Shown here piece after piece: positions 41,353 to 51,602 of a stretch of DNA of 64,000 nt. The position numbers and the translations under genes are program-made. The notes under the pieces are model-generated. The model was not told the origin of the DNA, searched no databases, and saw only the letters and a list, made by a program, of their open reading frames with translations. The DNA comes from Spirochaetia bacterium (GTDB lineage Bacteria; Spirochaetota; Spirochaetia; SP-2023). The stretch covers positions 1,088,001 to 1,152,000 of the forward strand of contig CBDDCK010000005.1 of assembly GCA_965225855.1 (NCBI GenBank), read 5' to 3'. How positions within the stretch are numbered: the first letter of the stretch is position 1; each line of letters starts with the position of its first letter.

Positions 41353-42332
41353 TTATTTATAGTAAAAACCGTTATCGGGCAGCTTGCTGCCAATAATTTT
41401 GGGGTTTAAAACCTTTAGTTCCGAATAAAATTTTTCTAATTCGGGTTTTACTGCTATACTCGTCTGTACATTCAAGTTCCATTTATCGATGGATTTTACA
41501 AAAATCGGGCCGTTTTTTGGCCATAATTCTTCAGCACGTTCCATAAGTATTTTTTATTCGATCGTAATCGGTTCGCAGATTTTACCAATTCGCGGTGCAA
41601 GACACAGATAATTTCTGGATACTTGTTTGCAAATGATTTACGCACAGCAAGGCCTGCTTGTGGAATATATGACTTGCCCCCCATTAAACGGCCCCATTCT
41701 TCTTGAATATCAATGGCAAATCGAAAGTTAATGCCTTTTTTCTCTTTTGCAGCTAAAGATAATTTGGTGCCGGCTATTTCTGGCAATAGAATTGTTTGCG
41801 CCTTTTCTGCTAGTGCCATTTTTACCGCAACTGCTGGTGTAGAGACGTATTCCACATAGACATCTTTGCCAACTTTCATACCTGCTCTTTTGAACAATGT
41901 GCGTAATACTAAATCAGGCATATCATTTGGGAATGGCACTACGATGGTTTTGCCTTTTAGGTCGGCAATAGTTTTCATACGGCTATCGGTACTGATAATA
42001 TTTAATAAGCCGCCGGTTACGATGTTAATTAATTGGAACTCGATACCTTTGTTGTATAGGTTTGCCCCGACATAACTGGGTATAAATGTAATGTCAATAG
42101 AACCATCAATAATACCGGCGCGCAATTTGTCGGGAGTGTTCCATATTTTTGCCGTAGCTTTTTGGACATACTTTTTAAAGTTCCTACTCTTTAGCGCATC
42201 AACGGCTAAGACACCTATACCGATAGGTGGTGTGTAGACGACAAGCTCTTTTAATTTGTTTGCAGCTGCCGCTGGAATTATATTTCCTAAAGCAATAATA
42301 GAAAATACTGCGATTTTAAATAAATTTTTCAT
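41353..42332 (-). pseudogene. NitT/TauT-type ABC substrate-binding protein, frameshifted near the C-terminus
   Basis: Signal peptide, PSYVGANLYNKG, DLKGK, DMPD and IPQAG. The C-terminus (PKIIGSKLPDNGFY) is in another frame and rejoins with one more A in the A6 run at 41550-41555. Confidence 0.75.
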
Positions 42333-42412
42333 TAAACACCTCTCTGTTTATATTCTTTCAGTCCAAGCAAAAATTTTCGTATGTATTTCTTTGGATTGAT
42401 GAAATTTGTTCC

Positions 42413-43228
42413 CTATTTTAAATGTTGCGCAATATTGGCAAAATTATGGGCATTGCTATTCAGAGATTCATAAGGTAATACATAAAGCCCATAACTATTC
42501 CTCGCAATTTGGGATTTAACCTGATAAGTTGCTTCGATCATTTCTTCCGTAATTACCTCTTTAGCTGGGCCAAATTCCGCTAAAGTACCTTCATGCAATA
42601 CCATAGCATAATCGGCATAGCGGCCCGCTAAAGATAGATCATGCAATGCAATATAAGTTGTGATTTGAAATTCTTTTGTTACTTGCACTATCAAGTCTAA
42701 AGATTCAATTTGATAGTGTAAATCCAATGCCGAAGTCGGTTCATCTAACAACAAATATTCTGGTTTGCGAATAATGGCCTGGGCTAAGGTAGCTAACTGC
42801 CGCTGCCCGCCACTTAAATCACAAAGGTAGCGTTCCGACAAGTGGTCAATTTGGAGTAAAGATAACAATTTGGATATTAATTCTATATCTTCATTTGCCG
42901 CTTTGCAGTTATCAGAAACAAACCTCCTTGCCATTAGAATTACTTCAAATACTGTTAAAGCAGCATTGGTGTAGGTATTTTGGGGCATGTAGCAAATTCT
43001 GTGGGTCAAACGGGCACTATCCATTTGGGCTATATTCATTCCATCTAAAGTGATGTTGCCCATATTGATTTTTTTGATACCAGCCATACATTTAAATAGG
43101 GTAGATTTACCCGTACCATTCGGGCCAATAACCGCCACAATACTGCCGGGGGCCACCGATGGAAATGAAATATTATGCAAAACTTGATTGTTACCATAGC
43201 TTGCTGAAATTTTTTGAATATCGAGCAT
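42413..43228 (-). CDS. Iron-complex/cobalamin ABC transporter ATP-binding protein
   Basis: GPNGTGKS, LSGGQRQ, LLDEPTSALD and LHDL motifs. Confidence 0.9.
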   Translation of the reverse strand: MLDIQKISASYGNNQVLHNISFPSVAPGSIVAVIGPNGTGKSTLFKCMAGIKKINMGNITLDGMNIAQMDSARLTHRICYMPQNTYTNAALTVFEVILMARRFVSDNCKAANEDIELISKLLSLLQIDHLSERYLCDLSGGQRQLATLAQAIIRKPEYLLLDEPTSALDLHYQIESLDLIVQVTKEFQITTYIALHDLSLAGRYADYAMVLHEGTLAEFGPAKEVITEEMIEATYQVKSQIARNSYGLYVLPYESLNSNAHNFANIAQHLK

Positions 43229-43268
43229 TAAAGTCCTCGTGAATAAACTTTTGAAAATGATTTTTTAC

Positions 43269-44330
43269 TTACCAATTTTTACTTCGCGTTTTAAATATTA
43301 AACTAACAAAAAATGGAATGCCAATGAGTGAAGTGATAATCCCAATTGGGAAAATAATTCCTGGAACAATACTTTTGCTGACAATAGATGTTACAGACAT
43401 CAGTAGCGCGCCCGATAATCCCGCGGTAACAAGAAAAAAACGTTGGTCTTCGCCCACCATCATGCGGGCAATATGGGGGCCTACTAAACCGACAAAAGCA
43501 ATCACTCCAACAAATGATACGGCTAATGCCGATAGCAGTGAAATCACCACTAGCATTTGTAAACGCAAACGCTCTACTGGAACACCCATGCTTCTGGCCT
43601 TTTCATCGCCCATGCGCAATGCCGTCATAGACCAACGTTTGGTGTAAAAAAATAGTGAAGACAGCAAAATAATCCCAAAACATAGTCCTAAGTTTGCCCA
43701 TGTTGCTTTGCTCAATGAGCCCATAGTCCAAAAAATTAATTGTTGCAATTGGGTTTCATTCGAGCTGTACTGCAATAAAGATACTAAGGAGCTAAAAGTA
43801 AACATCAAGGCAATGCCAATTAAAACCATACTTTCGGTGGTAACCCCCCTAAGACGGGCAATAAAGTACAACAGTAAAGATGCGCCAAATGCAAAAGTAA
43901 ATGCATTGGCAGTAATTAGATACTGGGCTGGCACCGGTAGACCACGTCCCAAAATAATGGCACTGGCAGCACCAAAACTGGCAGCAGATGCGACCCCAAG
44001 TGTAAATGGATCGGCCAGGGGATTGTGCAAAATTGTTTGCATCTGCGCTCCAGCAAGAGCCAGCATCGTGCCTACAATAATTGCCATCAATGCGATTGGC
44101 ATACGGTGGTCCCATACCACTACTTCTAGTTGAACAGAAATAGCCGTTTTATCTAATAGTGTTGCCCAAATTTCCCCTAGAGGATATTCGCCTGGACCAG
44201 TAGCAATATCGTAGACAAAAGCCAAACCGAGCAAAATAAAAAATAGCACAATAATACCACAACGTTTTTTTACTGTTTGTAAATAGCGAATATGGCTGGG
44301 TTGCACATCGATAATAACATCAGACGCCAT
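43269..44330 (-). CDS. FecCD/BtuC-family ABC permease
   Basis: NPLADPFTLG, WTMGSL and GVIAFVGLVGPH motifs. Confidence 0.92.
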   Translation of the reverse strand: MASDVIIDVQPSHIRYLQTVKKRCGIIVLFFILLGLAFVYDIATGPGEYPLGEIWATLLDKTAISVQLEVVVWDHRMPIALMAIIVGTMLALAGAQMQTILHNPLADPFTLGVASAASFGAASAIILGRGLPVPAQYLITANAFTFAFGASLLLYFIARLRGVTTESMVLIGIALMFTFSSLVSLLQYSSNETQLQQLIFWTMGSLSKATWANLGLCFGIILLSSLFFYTKRWSMTALRMGDEKARSMGVPVERLRLQMLVVISLLSALAVSFVGVIAFVGLVGPHIARMMVGEDQRFFLVTAGLSGALLMSVTSIVSKSIVPGIIFPIGIITSLIGIPFFVSLIFKTRSKNW

Positions 44331-44482
44331 ATAAAAATTCTCCCATAATCAAAAAAAGCAAAACAAAAATTATATGAAACATATACAATGGTGCGGAATA
44401 TTTCTCCAGATAATAGCCAGAGTAAACTCCTAAAAAATCCCCTCCCAAGTGATTGAAACAATAAGTGATTGAAACGATGGCA

Positions 44483-45622
44483 CTATTTGTATTGCGCCCA
44501 AAATTGACCACTATAAGATATGGGCAAAAATGTATCGTGAAAATTTTTAAAAGTTTGATCCGGGTCTAAATCGCGAAAATCATTAGGGTAAAACGCTTTG
44601 GCAAAATGCTGTAAGACAACAAAATTATAGGGTGAATTATAGAACTGATGATAAACACTGTAGAACCGTTTGTTCTTTACCGCTTGTAATTCAGTCCAAC
44701 CTTTACGGTTTGCAAGATAACTAATCCGTTCTTCTATGTCCCCTGGGTCTGCCTCATAACCTAGCAAAACGGCTTTTGTGGTTGGCATGGCCTCGCTCCA
44801 GTTGGCCCCGGTACCGATAATAACCTCTGGGTCTTCTTTAAAAATAAATTCTAGGCTCACGTTGCCTCTAAAACCGCCAAATAATTTTGTTCCCAAATTG
44901 CGCCCACCGGCAACCGCTACCATTCTTCCCATATTATTATCCCCAAATGTTCCTATATTACTCCCGTCCCCAAAACCAGCAGCAGCGGCTGATTCTATAA
45001 AAACCCAAGGGCGTTCAGAATCAGTTTTTTCGGCAACCTTGGCATACACTTTTTGGGTCTCTGAAAGATAAAAATCGATCACTTCTAAGCTTTGCCGTTG
45101 TTTGCCAAAGACTTTGCCCAAAATTAAAATACTGGGTACCGTATTTTGCAGCGGAGCTTGGCGGAAATCGACAAATACCACTTGCACACCAGCTTTTTCC
45201 AATTTTTGAATAATACCTGTTTCTTTTGCTTTAAACAAATCACCCAAAGGCATTAAGATTATTTCTGTTCTAAGCGCAATCGCTTTTTCGATGTTGAAAT
45301 CACCTTTGTATGGGCTGCCAAATTCTGGTATATCGCCCAATTCAGGAAATCTGGCTAAATATTTGCGATGTGCATCTGGATCATATAATCGCATATCACT
45401 TTTTGTACCAACAATATGCTTAAACATATTCCCTCTTTTGCCAAATAAGGGGGCAATGGAATAAACCATGCGGCCCTCACCTAAAATAATGCGCCGCGAA
45501 CCTTGCCGTACTTTTACGGTGCGCCCGGCAATGTCTACCAAAGTAATTTCGCGTGCAAATGCCGTTGTTACTCCTAACAGCATTATTGCGGTAAACAGTA
45601 ATATCTTTAATTGGTTTCTCAT
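44483..45622 (-). CDS. Iron-complex/cobalamin ABC substrate-binding protein
   Basis: Signal peptide, DIAGRTV, LQAVKNKR and HQFYNSPY motifs. Confidence 0.85.
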   Translation of the reverse strand: MRNQLKILLFTAIMLLGVTTAFAREITLVDIAGRTVKVRQGSRRIILGEGRMVYSIAPLFGKRGNMFKHIVGTKSDMRLYDPDAHRKYLARFPELGDIPEFGSPYKGDFNIEKAIALRTEIILMPLGDLFKAKETGIIQKLEKAGVQVVFVDFRQAPLQNTVPSILILGKVFGKQRQSLEVIDFYLSETQKVYAKVAEKTDSERPWVFIESAAAAGFGDGSNIGTFGDNNMGRMVAVAGGRNLGTKLFGGFRGNVSLEFIFKEDPEVIIGTGANWSEAMPTTKAVLLGYEADPGDIEERISYLANRKGWTELQAVKNKRFYSVYHQFYNSPYNFVVLQHFAKAFYPNDFRDLDPDQTFKNFHDTFLPISYSGQFWAQYK

Positions 45623-45933
45623 GAAAACCTCTCCTTTTTTAGGAATTATATTATTATTCCTGTTAATGTTACTTGTAGCTAGATTATATAAGAAGGGATA
45701 ATTTAGTCAATAATATGATAAAAGTTTTCATAATCAATATTATAATAACGATGGATGATTTTTATTATCTCCATTTATATAAATAATTTATAAAAATTAT
45801 TTATATAAAATTTAATTGAATGATTATTTCTGCTTGAAGAATAGAACTGAAATTGTATTATCATTGCAAAAATTTTTGGAAAAATTGGGGGAATTATTCA
45901 GATAGTTTTACCTAATTTAGTGGGGGGAAAGCT

Positions 45934-46830
45934 ATGAAAGTATTGAGATTTTCTAGCTTGTTATATTTAATTTTTATTATTGGGGGCGAAGCTTTAGTTG
46001 CTCAGCTCAGTAATAGTGATGGCCAGCTTAGTGCTACTGGCATTGATACTGTTGATAATTCTCAAACAAATAAAAAATTAGCGGGGCACAAGCTAACAAA
46101 TGAAAAATTGCCTGCCGAAAAATTGTCAGCTAAGCCCCAACAAGAGAATAAACAACATCAAAAACGCAAAGATGGTTTACTGGTAGGTATGTTCCAGCAA
46201 GGGGAAGCCTCTTACTATGCGGATAAATTCCACGGTAGAAAGACCGCTAGTGGTGAGCATTTTGACATGTATGCTATGACGGCTGCCCATAAAACGCTTC
46301 CTTTTGGTACTGTGCTTTCGGTGCGCAATTTAAATAATGGAAAAACAGTTCAAGTGCGTGTCAATGATCGTGGTCCGTTTATTGAGGGCCGTATCATCGA
46401 TGTATCAAAACGGGCAGCAGAGCATTTGGGCATGATGGGTTCAGGGGTTATACCTACAGAAATTGTTATACATTCTTTACCAAATGAAAGGAAGTTGATA
46501 ACCAAAAATAAAACCAAAGTGTTGGGAAAACCGTTAAACAAAAAATTGCAGGCAGATAAAAATGTTACATCTTCCCAAGCAACACCAATTGTTAGGAAAC
46601 AAGTTTTAGATCAACGCCGTTTTGCCATACAAATTGCTAGTTATGCAAAATTAAAATATGCGCAGCAACAGAAGTCTAGGTTAGAGAATGCTGGTATTCC
46701 TATTCATTTTGAAAAGCATGGCCCATACCACCGCTTAATCATTGTTCACTTAAATAAACAACAAGTGAAATATTACCGTGCTGAATTGTCCCGCTTGGGA
46801 ATCAATAATATTTTGGTACGGCAAGAGTAA
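45934..46830 (+). CDS. rlpA: Septal ring lytic transglycosylase RlpA family (DPBB plus SPOR)
   Basis: GEASYY, TASGE, TAAHKTLPFGT and VNDRGPF...IIDVS motifs; C-terminal SPOR-like domain. Confidence 0.92.
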   Translation: MKVLRFSSLLYLIFIIGGEALVAQLSNSDGQLSATGIDTVDNSQTNKKLAGHKLTNEKLPAEKLSAKPQQENKQHQKRKDGLLVGMFQQGEASYYADKFHGRKTASGEHFDMYAMTAAHKTLPFGTVLSVRNLNNGKTVQVRVNDRGPFIEGRIIDVSKRAAEHLGMMGSGVIPTEIVIHSLPNERKLITKNKTKVLGKPLNKKLQADKNVTSSQATPIVRKQVLDQRRFAIQIASYAKLKYAQQQKSRLENAGIPIHFEKHGPYHRLIIVHLNKQQVKYYRAELSRLGINNILVRQE

Positions 46831-46852
46831 GATAAATCAGAAAAACGTTGAT

Positions 46853-46880
46853 AAGCATTCTGCAATAGCAGAATGCTTTT
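46853..46880 (+). terminator. Rho-independent terminator
   Basis: AAGCATTCTGC-AATA-GCAGAATGCTT-TT. Confidence 0.75.
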
Positions 46881-46919
46881 GATGAGACTTTACCAAAGAT
46901 ACTTATAAAGATAAGGAAA

Positions 46920-47060
46920 ATTGTTGTTAAATATAACATAATTTCTCGTAAATCTGGTTCAAAGTATAGAGATTTTTTACTATTGAATCGGGTACACCAC
47001 CAAAAATAGGCTTTCAGTAATAGAGCCAGCTATCGCTCCAATTATAGCAATACCTTTTTC
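46920..47060 (-). pseudogene. Remnant resembling an ADP-ribosylglycohydrolase C-terminus
   Basis: With frameshifts it reads IIGAIAGSITE/AYF/GGVPDSIVK...EPDLREIM, like the family motif AIAGSIAEAYYGGVP. Confidence 0.4.
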
Positions 47061-47243
47061 CTATTAGGATAAAGACGGATTTTATAAATTCTAATCATAT
47101 AATCCATAATTAAATCAAAAAACAATTTTTCAACTAAATTCTTATAATTTTTACTTTATTTTCATACAATATATCGGAAAGCCTTGGAATGGCAAGATGT
47201 TTAAATATTCTTGTCCAGACCCTAAATTCTACGCCATAAACTT

Positions 47244-50200
47244 TCAAAAATCATTCATCAAATTTACGAACCAAGCATAATGTGGGAGCTCATAGCATTC
47301 TAATTGGCTGCGCTTTTCGGTTGGAATGCACTCTTGCTTAGGCTTTTGGATACAACTTTGGGCAGCAAAAATGCAGCTTACATGTGATTTTTGTGAAGAC
47401 CAACTTTGCAATATAGACTCGGCTGCCCACAGCAAATCTGTCATTTGCATTTTGCGTAGCTGTTCAAGCCATGCCTGCAGCCCATCATCGTTTAAGCCCG
47501 TTTTCGCTAAATGCAGCGCAATGCGAGCATCTTCGCTCGGTGGGCTGGCTTTCAATTTTTCTGCTAAAGTTTGCACCAATGCAGCCTCAAATTCTTGATA
47601 AAATTCAGAATTTAGGTCTGCATTTAAAACTGAATTTTGTGCTTTATCGCGAATATCTTCCACTGCTTGGCAAAACAATTGCAAGCTATGAAAAGCATTC
47701 GGGTCTTGACTACTACATAACAAGAAAAACCCATCTTGCTGTTGCACTCGGACGCCGTAAGCCCCTTGCTGCAAACGTATCCGTCTCCAAGCAGGGCCAT
47801 TTTGCAATAGCTTAATCAATAATTCCATCGCTGGATGAATTATACTTGTTTGGCAATTAGAGTAATTCCAGTGGGGTATGGGCATCGCAATGCTAAGGTA
47901 TTCTAGCGTGATGTTGCCTTGCCACAATTCTATGTTTTTTTCGCATGTGATATGTGGCCAGCTATGGTTTACAATGCTGGCCCATGATGGAGCCCACGCA
48001 TCATTTCTATTAAAAATTGGTTGCAATTTTGATTGCCAAAGTCTCTGGTGCCCCGCTATAGCCCATCGCAATTGCAAAAGTTGCTGTTCATTGGCACTGA
48101 TGGCACAAGCCAAAGGTGCTTGCATTATGGCCCATCGCAAGCTACCAAAACTTTCGGCCAACTGTGTATTCATATTATTTTGCTGGCAGATAGTTGCCAA
48201 TAATTGAAGCTGGCCTAGACCATATAGCCATTCGTTTTGCTGGGCTTGTAGGCAACTACTTTGGCTTAGCATGGTAGCCGGCATTTGGCTTAGGCGATAA
48301 TGGCTTCGGCGAATAGCATAACTTAACGGATTAGTACAAAGCTCTTGGTGTTTTTCGTAGCAAAGGCTTTGCAATAATTCTTTGAGCCGGCTGTGTTCTT
48401 GCCAATTGCAGTTGGCAAAGAGTTGCCAAAATAAAGCCAAGCCAGATTGCCATTCTGTTGGTAGAAAACTGAGCCGTATATGAATAAAACTTTGCAGCTT
48501 ATCCATTTGATAAAAGCTTCTTTTAAAGCTAAATTCCGCTTCCCAATGCCCAATGTGCAATGATTTTTGCCTAGCCACTTCCGCATAAGAAATACCGGGC
48601 AACCCCATATCTTCAACCAAATCTAAAAACAAAGGCAACAAAACAGTTTGTTCTTGGTTCCAAGTACTGATGTCCCAGTACAAATCCAGCTGGACTAAAC
48701 CTTTTTCTAAATTGTTTTGGCTTTTTTTACTGTGGCAGAAAAATTCTATACCATGTTCACAAAAATAATTATATTGTGGTTTTGGCGGTAATGAATTAAA
48801 TTGATCGCGATTCATCGCCACAATTTTTGCTGTTTGTTCGAGATGATCTTGGCGCAATTGATATTGAGCAAAATCTTTTTGGGATTGCTGGATAAATTCA
48901 CTATCATATGGCAGTTTTGCTCCAAAAGCTTTTTGATTTTGATCATTTGGGGGCGGTGTTTCTTTTGTTGCCACTTCTTCAAATAATTGCAAAGTCCAAT
49001 GCGGATTATCCAAAGTATAGTGGCGAATTTTGGTAGCGAATGCAGCAAGTCCTTGGGGGCCTTGGGCGCGCAGAGCGGCAATACTGGCAAAAGGTTGCAG
49101 CATGCCAAAAATTTCTACTGTTTCTGGGTAAAAGTGGCTGGCTTTAGCTAACTGTAGGCAGCGTTCTAAAGCATAAATGCCATCATCACCGCCATGCTCG
49201 CCTAGCGAATATTCTTCATATTCCAAGCTATTTAAGGAACCTTGCCACAGTAAATCCAGCTCTGGATTGTTTGGCTCTTGCTCTGCTTGCGTGCAAAATT
49301 TTTCCAGTGCAGAAAATATCAACTTACGAAAGCACTGTTCATCTTTTGGCCCTTCTTTTACTTGGTAGGCACTCAAGCCAACACGCAATACCGGAGTTTG
49401 GAATTCCAGCTCTAAACCACTGCCCAAGCTCAAATCCGCTCCCCAGCCACTTTGCATAATAGGTAATTCTAGTATGGAGCCCGAGTGGCCCAATAATAGC
49501 TCGGCTATAAGACGATATTCTAAGCTGGACTGGGCATTTTGCTGGGCGGGCAGGAGCCAGCTAAACATGATGCTTCGCTGTTTTGGGTTGGGCTGGGCTA
49601 CGGCAATGGGCTGGTATAATTCTTGCCGGCATGGTAGTGGTAAAGCATTATTGAGTATCTGATCGATTTTATCCCCTTTATTCTCGTTGTTACTTTGATG
49701 CTCAAGCAACAAAGTTTTATTGGCTTCACTAAATAATTGATCGAGATAGTGCAAAATTTCTGGTAGCTGCTGTTGTGGGATGAAACCATATAAAATGATA
49801 CGGCAGTTCTCTGCTCGATAGTGCTGGCGGTGGAAATCCCGAACTTCTTGGTAATTACGGCAATTGATGGAAGCAATCGCTTGCGGATTGCCCCCTGCGT
49901 CAAAGCTGTTTGGGTGCTGTGCTGGAAATAGGCTGCGCAAACTACAGTCGGCCACATAGGCCTCAAAATCCCCATAGTAGGCCTGCATTTCATTATAGAC
50001 AATGCCGTCCATACTATCTGGAGTATAGCGTATGCCTTCTTGAGCAATGGCTTGATTTTCCAACAGAGGGAAAAATACCGCATCGCCATAAACCCGGAGC
50101 AATTGCAGAAAATCTGAAGTAAAGGAGCTAGCAGCCGGATATAGCGTTTGGTCGGGGTAGGTCATAGCATTGAGAAAGCTGCAAACACTGGTTTTTTGTA

Positions 50201-50468
50201 AATTGGCGAAAGGCTCTTTTAGCGGATAGTTTTTAGAGCCACAAAAAACTGCGTGTTCGACAATATGAGCCAAACCCTTATCATCTTTTGGCGGCGTGGC
50301 AAAACAATAGCTAAAGGCTGACTCTTGCGAATTGCAGGCAACCATATAGAGCTTTGCCCCGCTGCGATGTTGTAGAGCAATAGCTTGGGCAAGTCCACAT
50401 TCTGGCAGCCAGATGGATTTGTTATATTGGGTTGTAAAGCCATGTGAGGCAAAAAGGGCATCGTTCAT
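47244..50468 (-). CDS. M16C (insulinase/presequence protease-like) metallopeptidase
   Basis: GLAHIVEHAVFCGSKNYP (HxxEH), FLNAMTYPD, GIVYNEM and RIRLQQGAYG motifs. Confidence 0.9.
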   Translation of the reverse strand: MNDALFASHGFTTQYNKSIWLPECGLAQAIALQHRSGAKLYMVACNSQESAFSYCFATPPKDDKGLAHIVEHAVFCGSKNYPLKEPFANLQKTSVCSFLNAMTYPDQTLYPAASSFTSDFLQLLRVYGDAVFFPLLENQAIAQEGIRYTPDSMDGIVYNEMQAYYGDFEAYVADCSLRSLFPAQHPNSFDAGGNPQAIASINCRNYQEVRDFHRQHYRAENCRIILYGFIPQQQLPEILHYLDQLFSEANKTLLLEHQSNNENKGDKIDQILNNALPLPCRQELYQPIAVAQPNPKQRSIMFSWLLPAQQNAQSSLEYRLIAELLLGHSGSILELPIMQSGWGADLSLGSGLELEFQTPVLRVGLSAYQVKEGPKDEQCFRKLIFSALEKFCTQAEQEPNNPELDLLWQGSLNSLEYEEYSLGEHGGDDGIYALERCLQLAKASHFYPETVEIFGMLQPFASIAALRAQGPQGLAAFATKIRHYTLDNPHWTLQLFEEVATKETPPPNDQNQKAFGAKLPYDSEFIQQSQKDFAQYQLRQDHLEQTAKIVAMNRDQFNSLPPKPQYNYFCEHGIEFFCHSKKSQNNLEKGLVQLDLYWDISTWNQEQTVLLPLFLDLVEDMGLPGISYAEVARQKSLHIGHWEAEFSFKRSFYQMDKLQSFIHIRLSFLPTEWQSGLALFWQLFANCNWQEHSRLKELLQSLCYEKHQELCTNPLSYAIRRSHYRLSQMPATMLSQSSCLQAQQNEWLYGLGQLQLLATICQQNNMNTQLAESFGSLRWAIMQAPLACAISANEQQLLQLRWAIAGHQRLWQSKLQPIFNRNDAWAPSWASIVNHSWPHITCEKNIELWQGNITLEYLSIAMPIPHWNYSNCQTSIIHPAMELLIKLLQNGPAWRRIRLQQGAYGVRVQQQDGFFLLCSSQDPNAFHSLQLFCQAVEDIRDKAQNSVLNADLNSEFYQEFEAALVQTLAEKLKASPPSEDARIALHLAKTGLNDDGLQAWLEQLRKMQMTDLLWAAESILQSWSSQKSHVSCIFAAQSCIQKPKQECIPTEKRSQLECYELPHYAWFVNLMNDF

Positions 50469-50506
50469 AAATTGGCTGGTATTATGGTCATTTACAGCAG
50501 ATAATG

Positions 50507-51592
50507 TTAGCTGGGTGCTTTAAAAAATAAAGCAATCCCTACAGCTAAAAAAAACAAAATTCCCAGCCAACCACTTAGCCAAGGTGGTATATACCCTTCT
50601 GCACCGGCAATGCCAGAATAGAGCCGAAAAATATAAAATACCACAGCAATCGCAATACTGGCCAAAAGGCTCATCAGCAAAGTGTTTTGACGAAAACGCG
50701 CCACCATTGCTAAGCCAATTAGCGACACAACTAACGGTGTGAATGGAAAGGCAAAACGTTGATGAAAGCTAATGGCTGTAATTAAAAAAGGCAGTTTACG
50801 CCGTTTGAGTGATTGCAAATATTCATAGGCCAAACCTAAAGACATTTCTTCAATGGGAAGATTTCGGGTTTCAAAACTTTCTACTGGTTCACGAATATCG
50901 GGGTCTGTTTTGATAGACTCTTTGGTTTCGATAATCTCACCATCTGGGTTATAAGTAAAAATGCGCACTTCTTGCATACGCCATAAAGCCTCTTCGGGCT
51001 CCCAAACGGCCTGCATCGTATCAATACGGCGGCTGACATGGCCTAAATCATTTTTATCGACAATACTCAATTCAAACAGTTCTTTTGTTTCAGGGTCAAA
51101 ACTATTGGCTATATATAAACGTCTACCATTATTGGTGATAGCTACTACAACTTCATTGCGATTGGTGCGCTCAGGTTGGAATTTGGTTGAAAAATATTCA
51201 TTGCGCAGCCTTTCACTCTCAGTTACTACAAAATTGTCAAAGTAAAATGTAGCCAAGCTAACCAGTAGACCAAAACCTAAAATGGGCATACCAAAGCCTA
51301 CCAACGAAATTCCCCCAGAATGAATCACTGTCATTTCCCGATTGTCATACAGTGATGAAAGCGTAAATACTAAGGCAAATAATAACGATAGTGGTGAAGC
51401 GTATGATAAGGCTAACGGTACATAGAGGGCTAAAACTCGCAAATAATCCATAGCTTGTATTTCTTCATTATCTAAATAGCGCGTCAGTTCGCCAAAAAAA
51501 TAGACCAATTCAAATAACACCACAGAAATCAGCATCATGCCGAGAAATACGGGAACAAGGCTGCGAAAAACCATACGGTAAAGAATTTTCAT
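50507..51592 (-). CDS. lptG: LptF/LptG-family permease
   Basis: 3+3 TM layout, NREMTVIHSGGIS and RFAFPF motifs; follows an lptF-like paralogue. Confidence 0.75.
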   Translation of the reverse strand: MKILYRMVFRSLVPVFLGMMLISVVLFELVYFFGELTRYLDNEEIQAMDYLRVLALYVPLALSYASPLSLLFALVFTLSSLYDNREMTVIHSGGISLVGFGMPILGFGLLVSLATFYFDNFVVTESERLRNEYFSTKFQPERTNRNEVVVAITNNGRRLYIANSFDPETKELFELSIVDKNDLGHVSRRIDTMQAVWEPEEALWRMQEVRIFTYNPDGEIIETKESIKTDPDIREPVESFETRNLPIEEMSLGLAYEYLQSLKRRKLPFLITAISFHQRFAFPFTPLVVSLIGLAMVARFRQNTLLMSLLASIAIAVVFYIFRLYSGIAGAEGYIPPWLSGWLGILFFLAVGIALFFKAPS

Positions 51593-51602
51593 TATATTTT
51601 CT

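Noticed and set aside
45705..45745. Fur box upstream of the iron-type ABC operon
   Set aside because: TGATAAAGTTTTCAT only loosely fits the 7-1-7 consensus in very AT-rich DNA.
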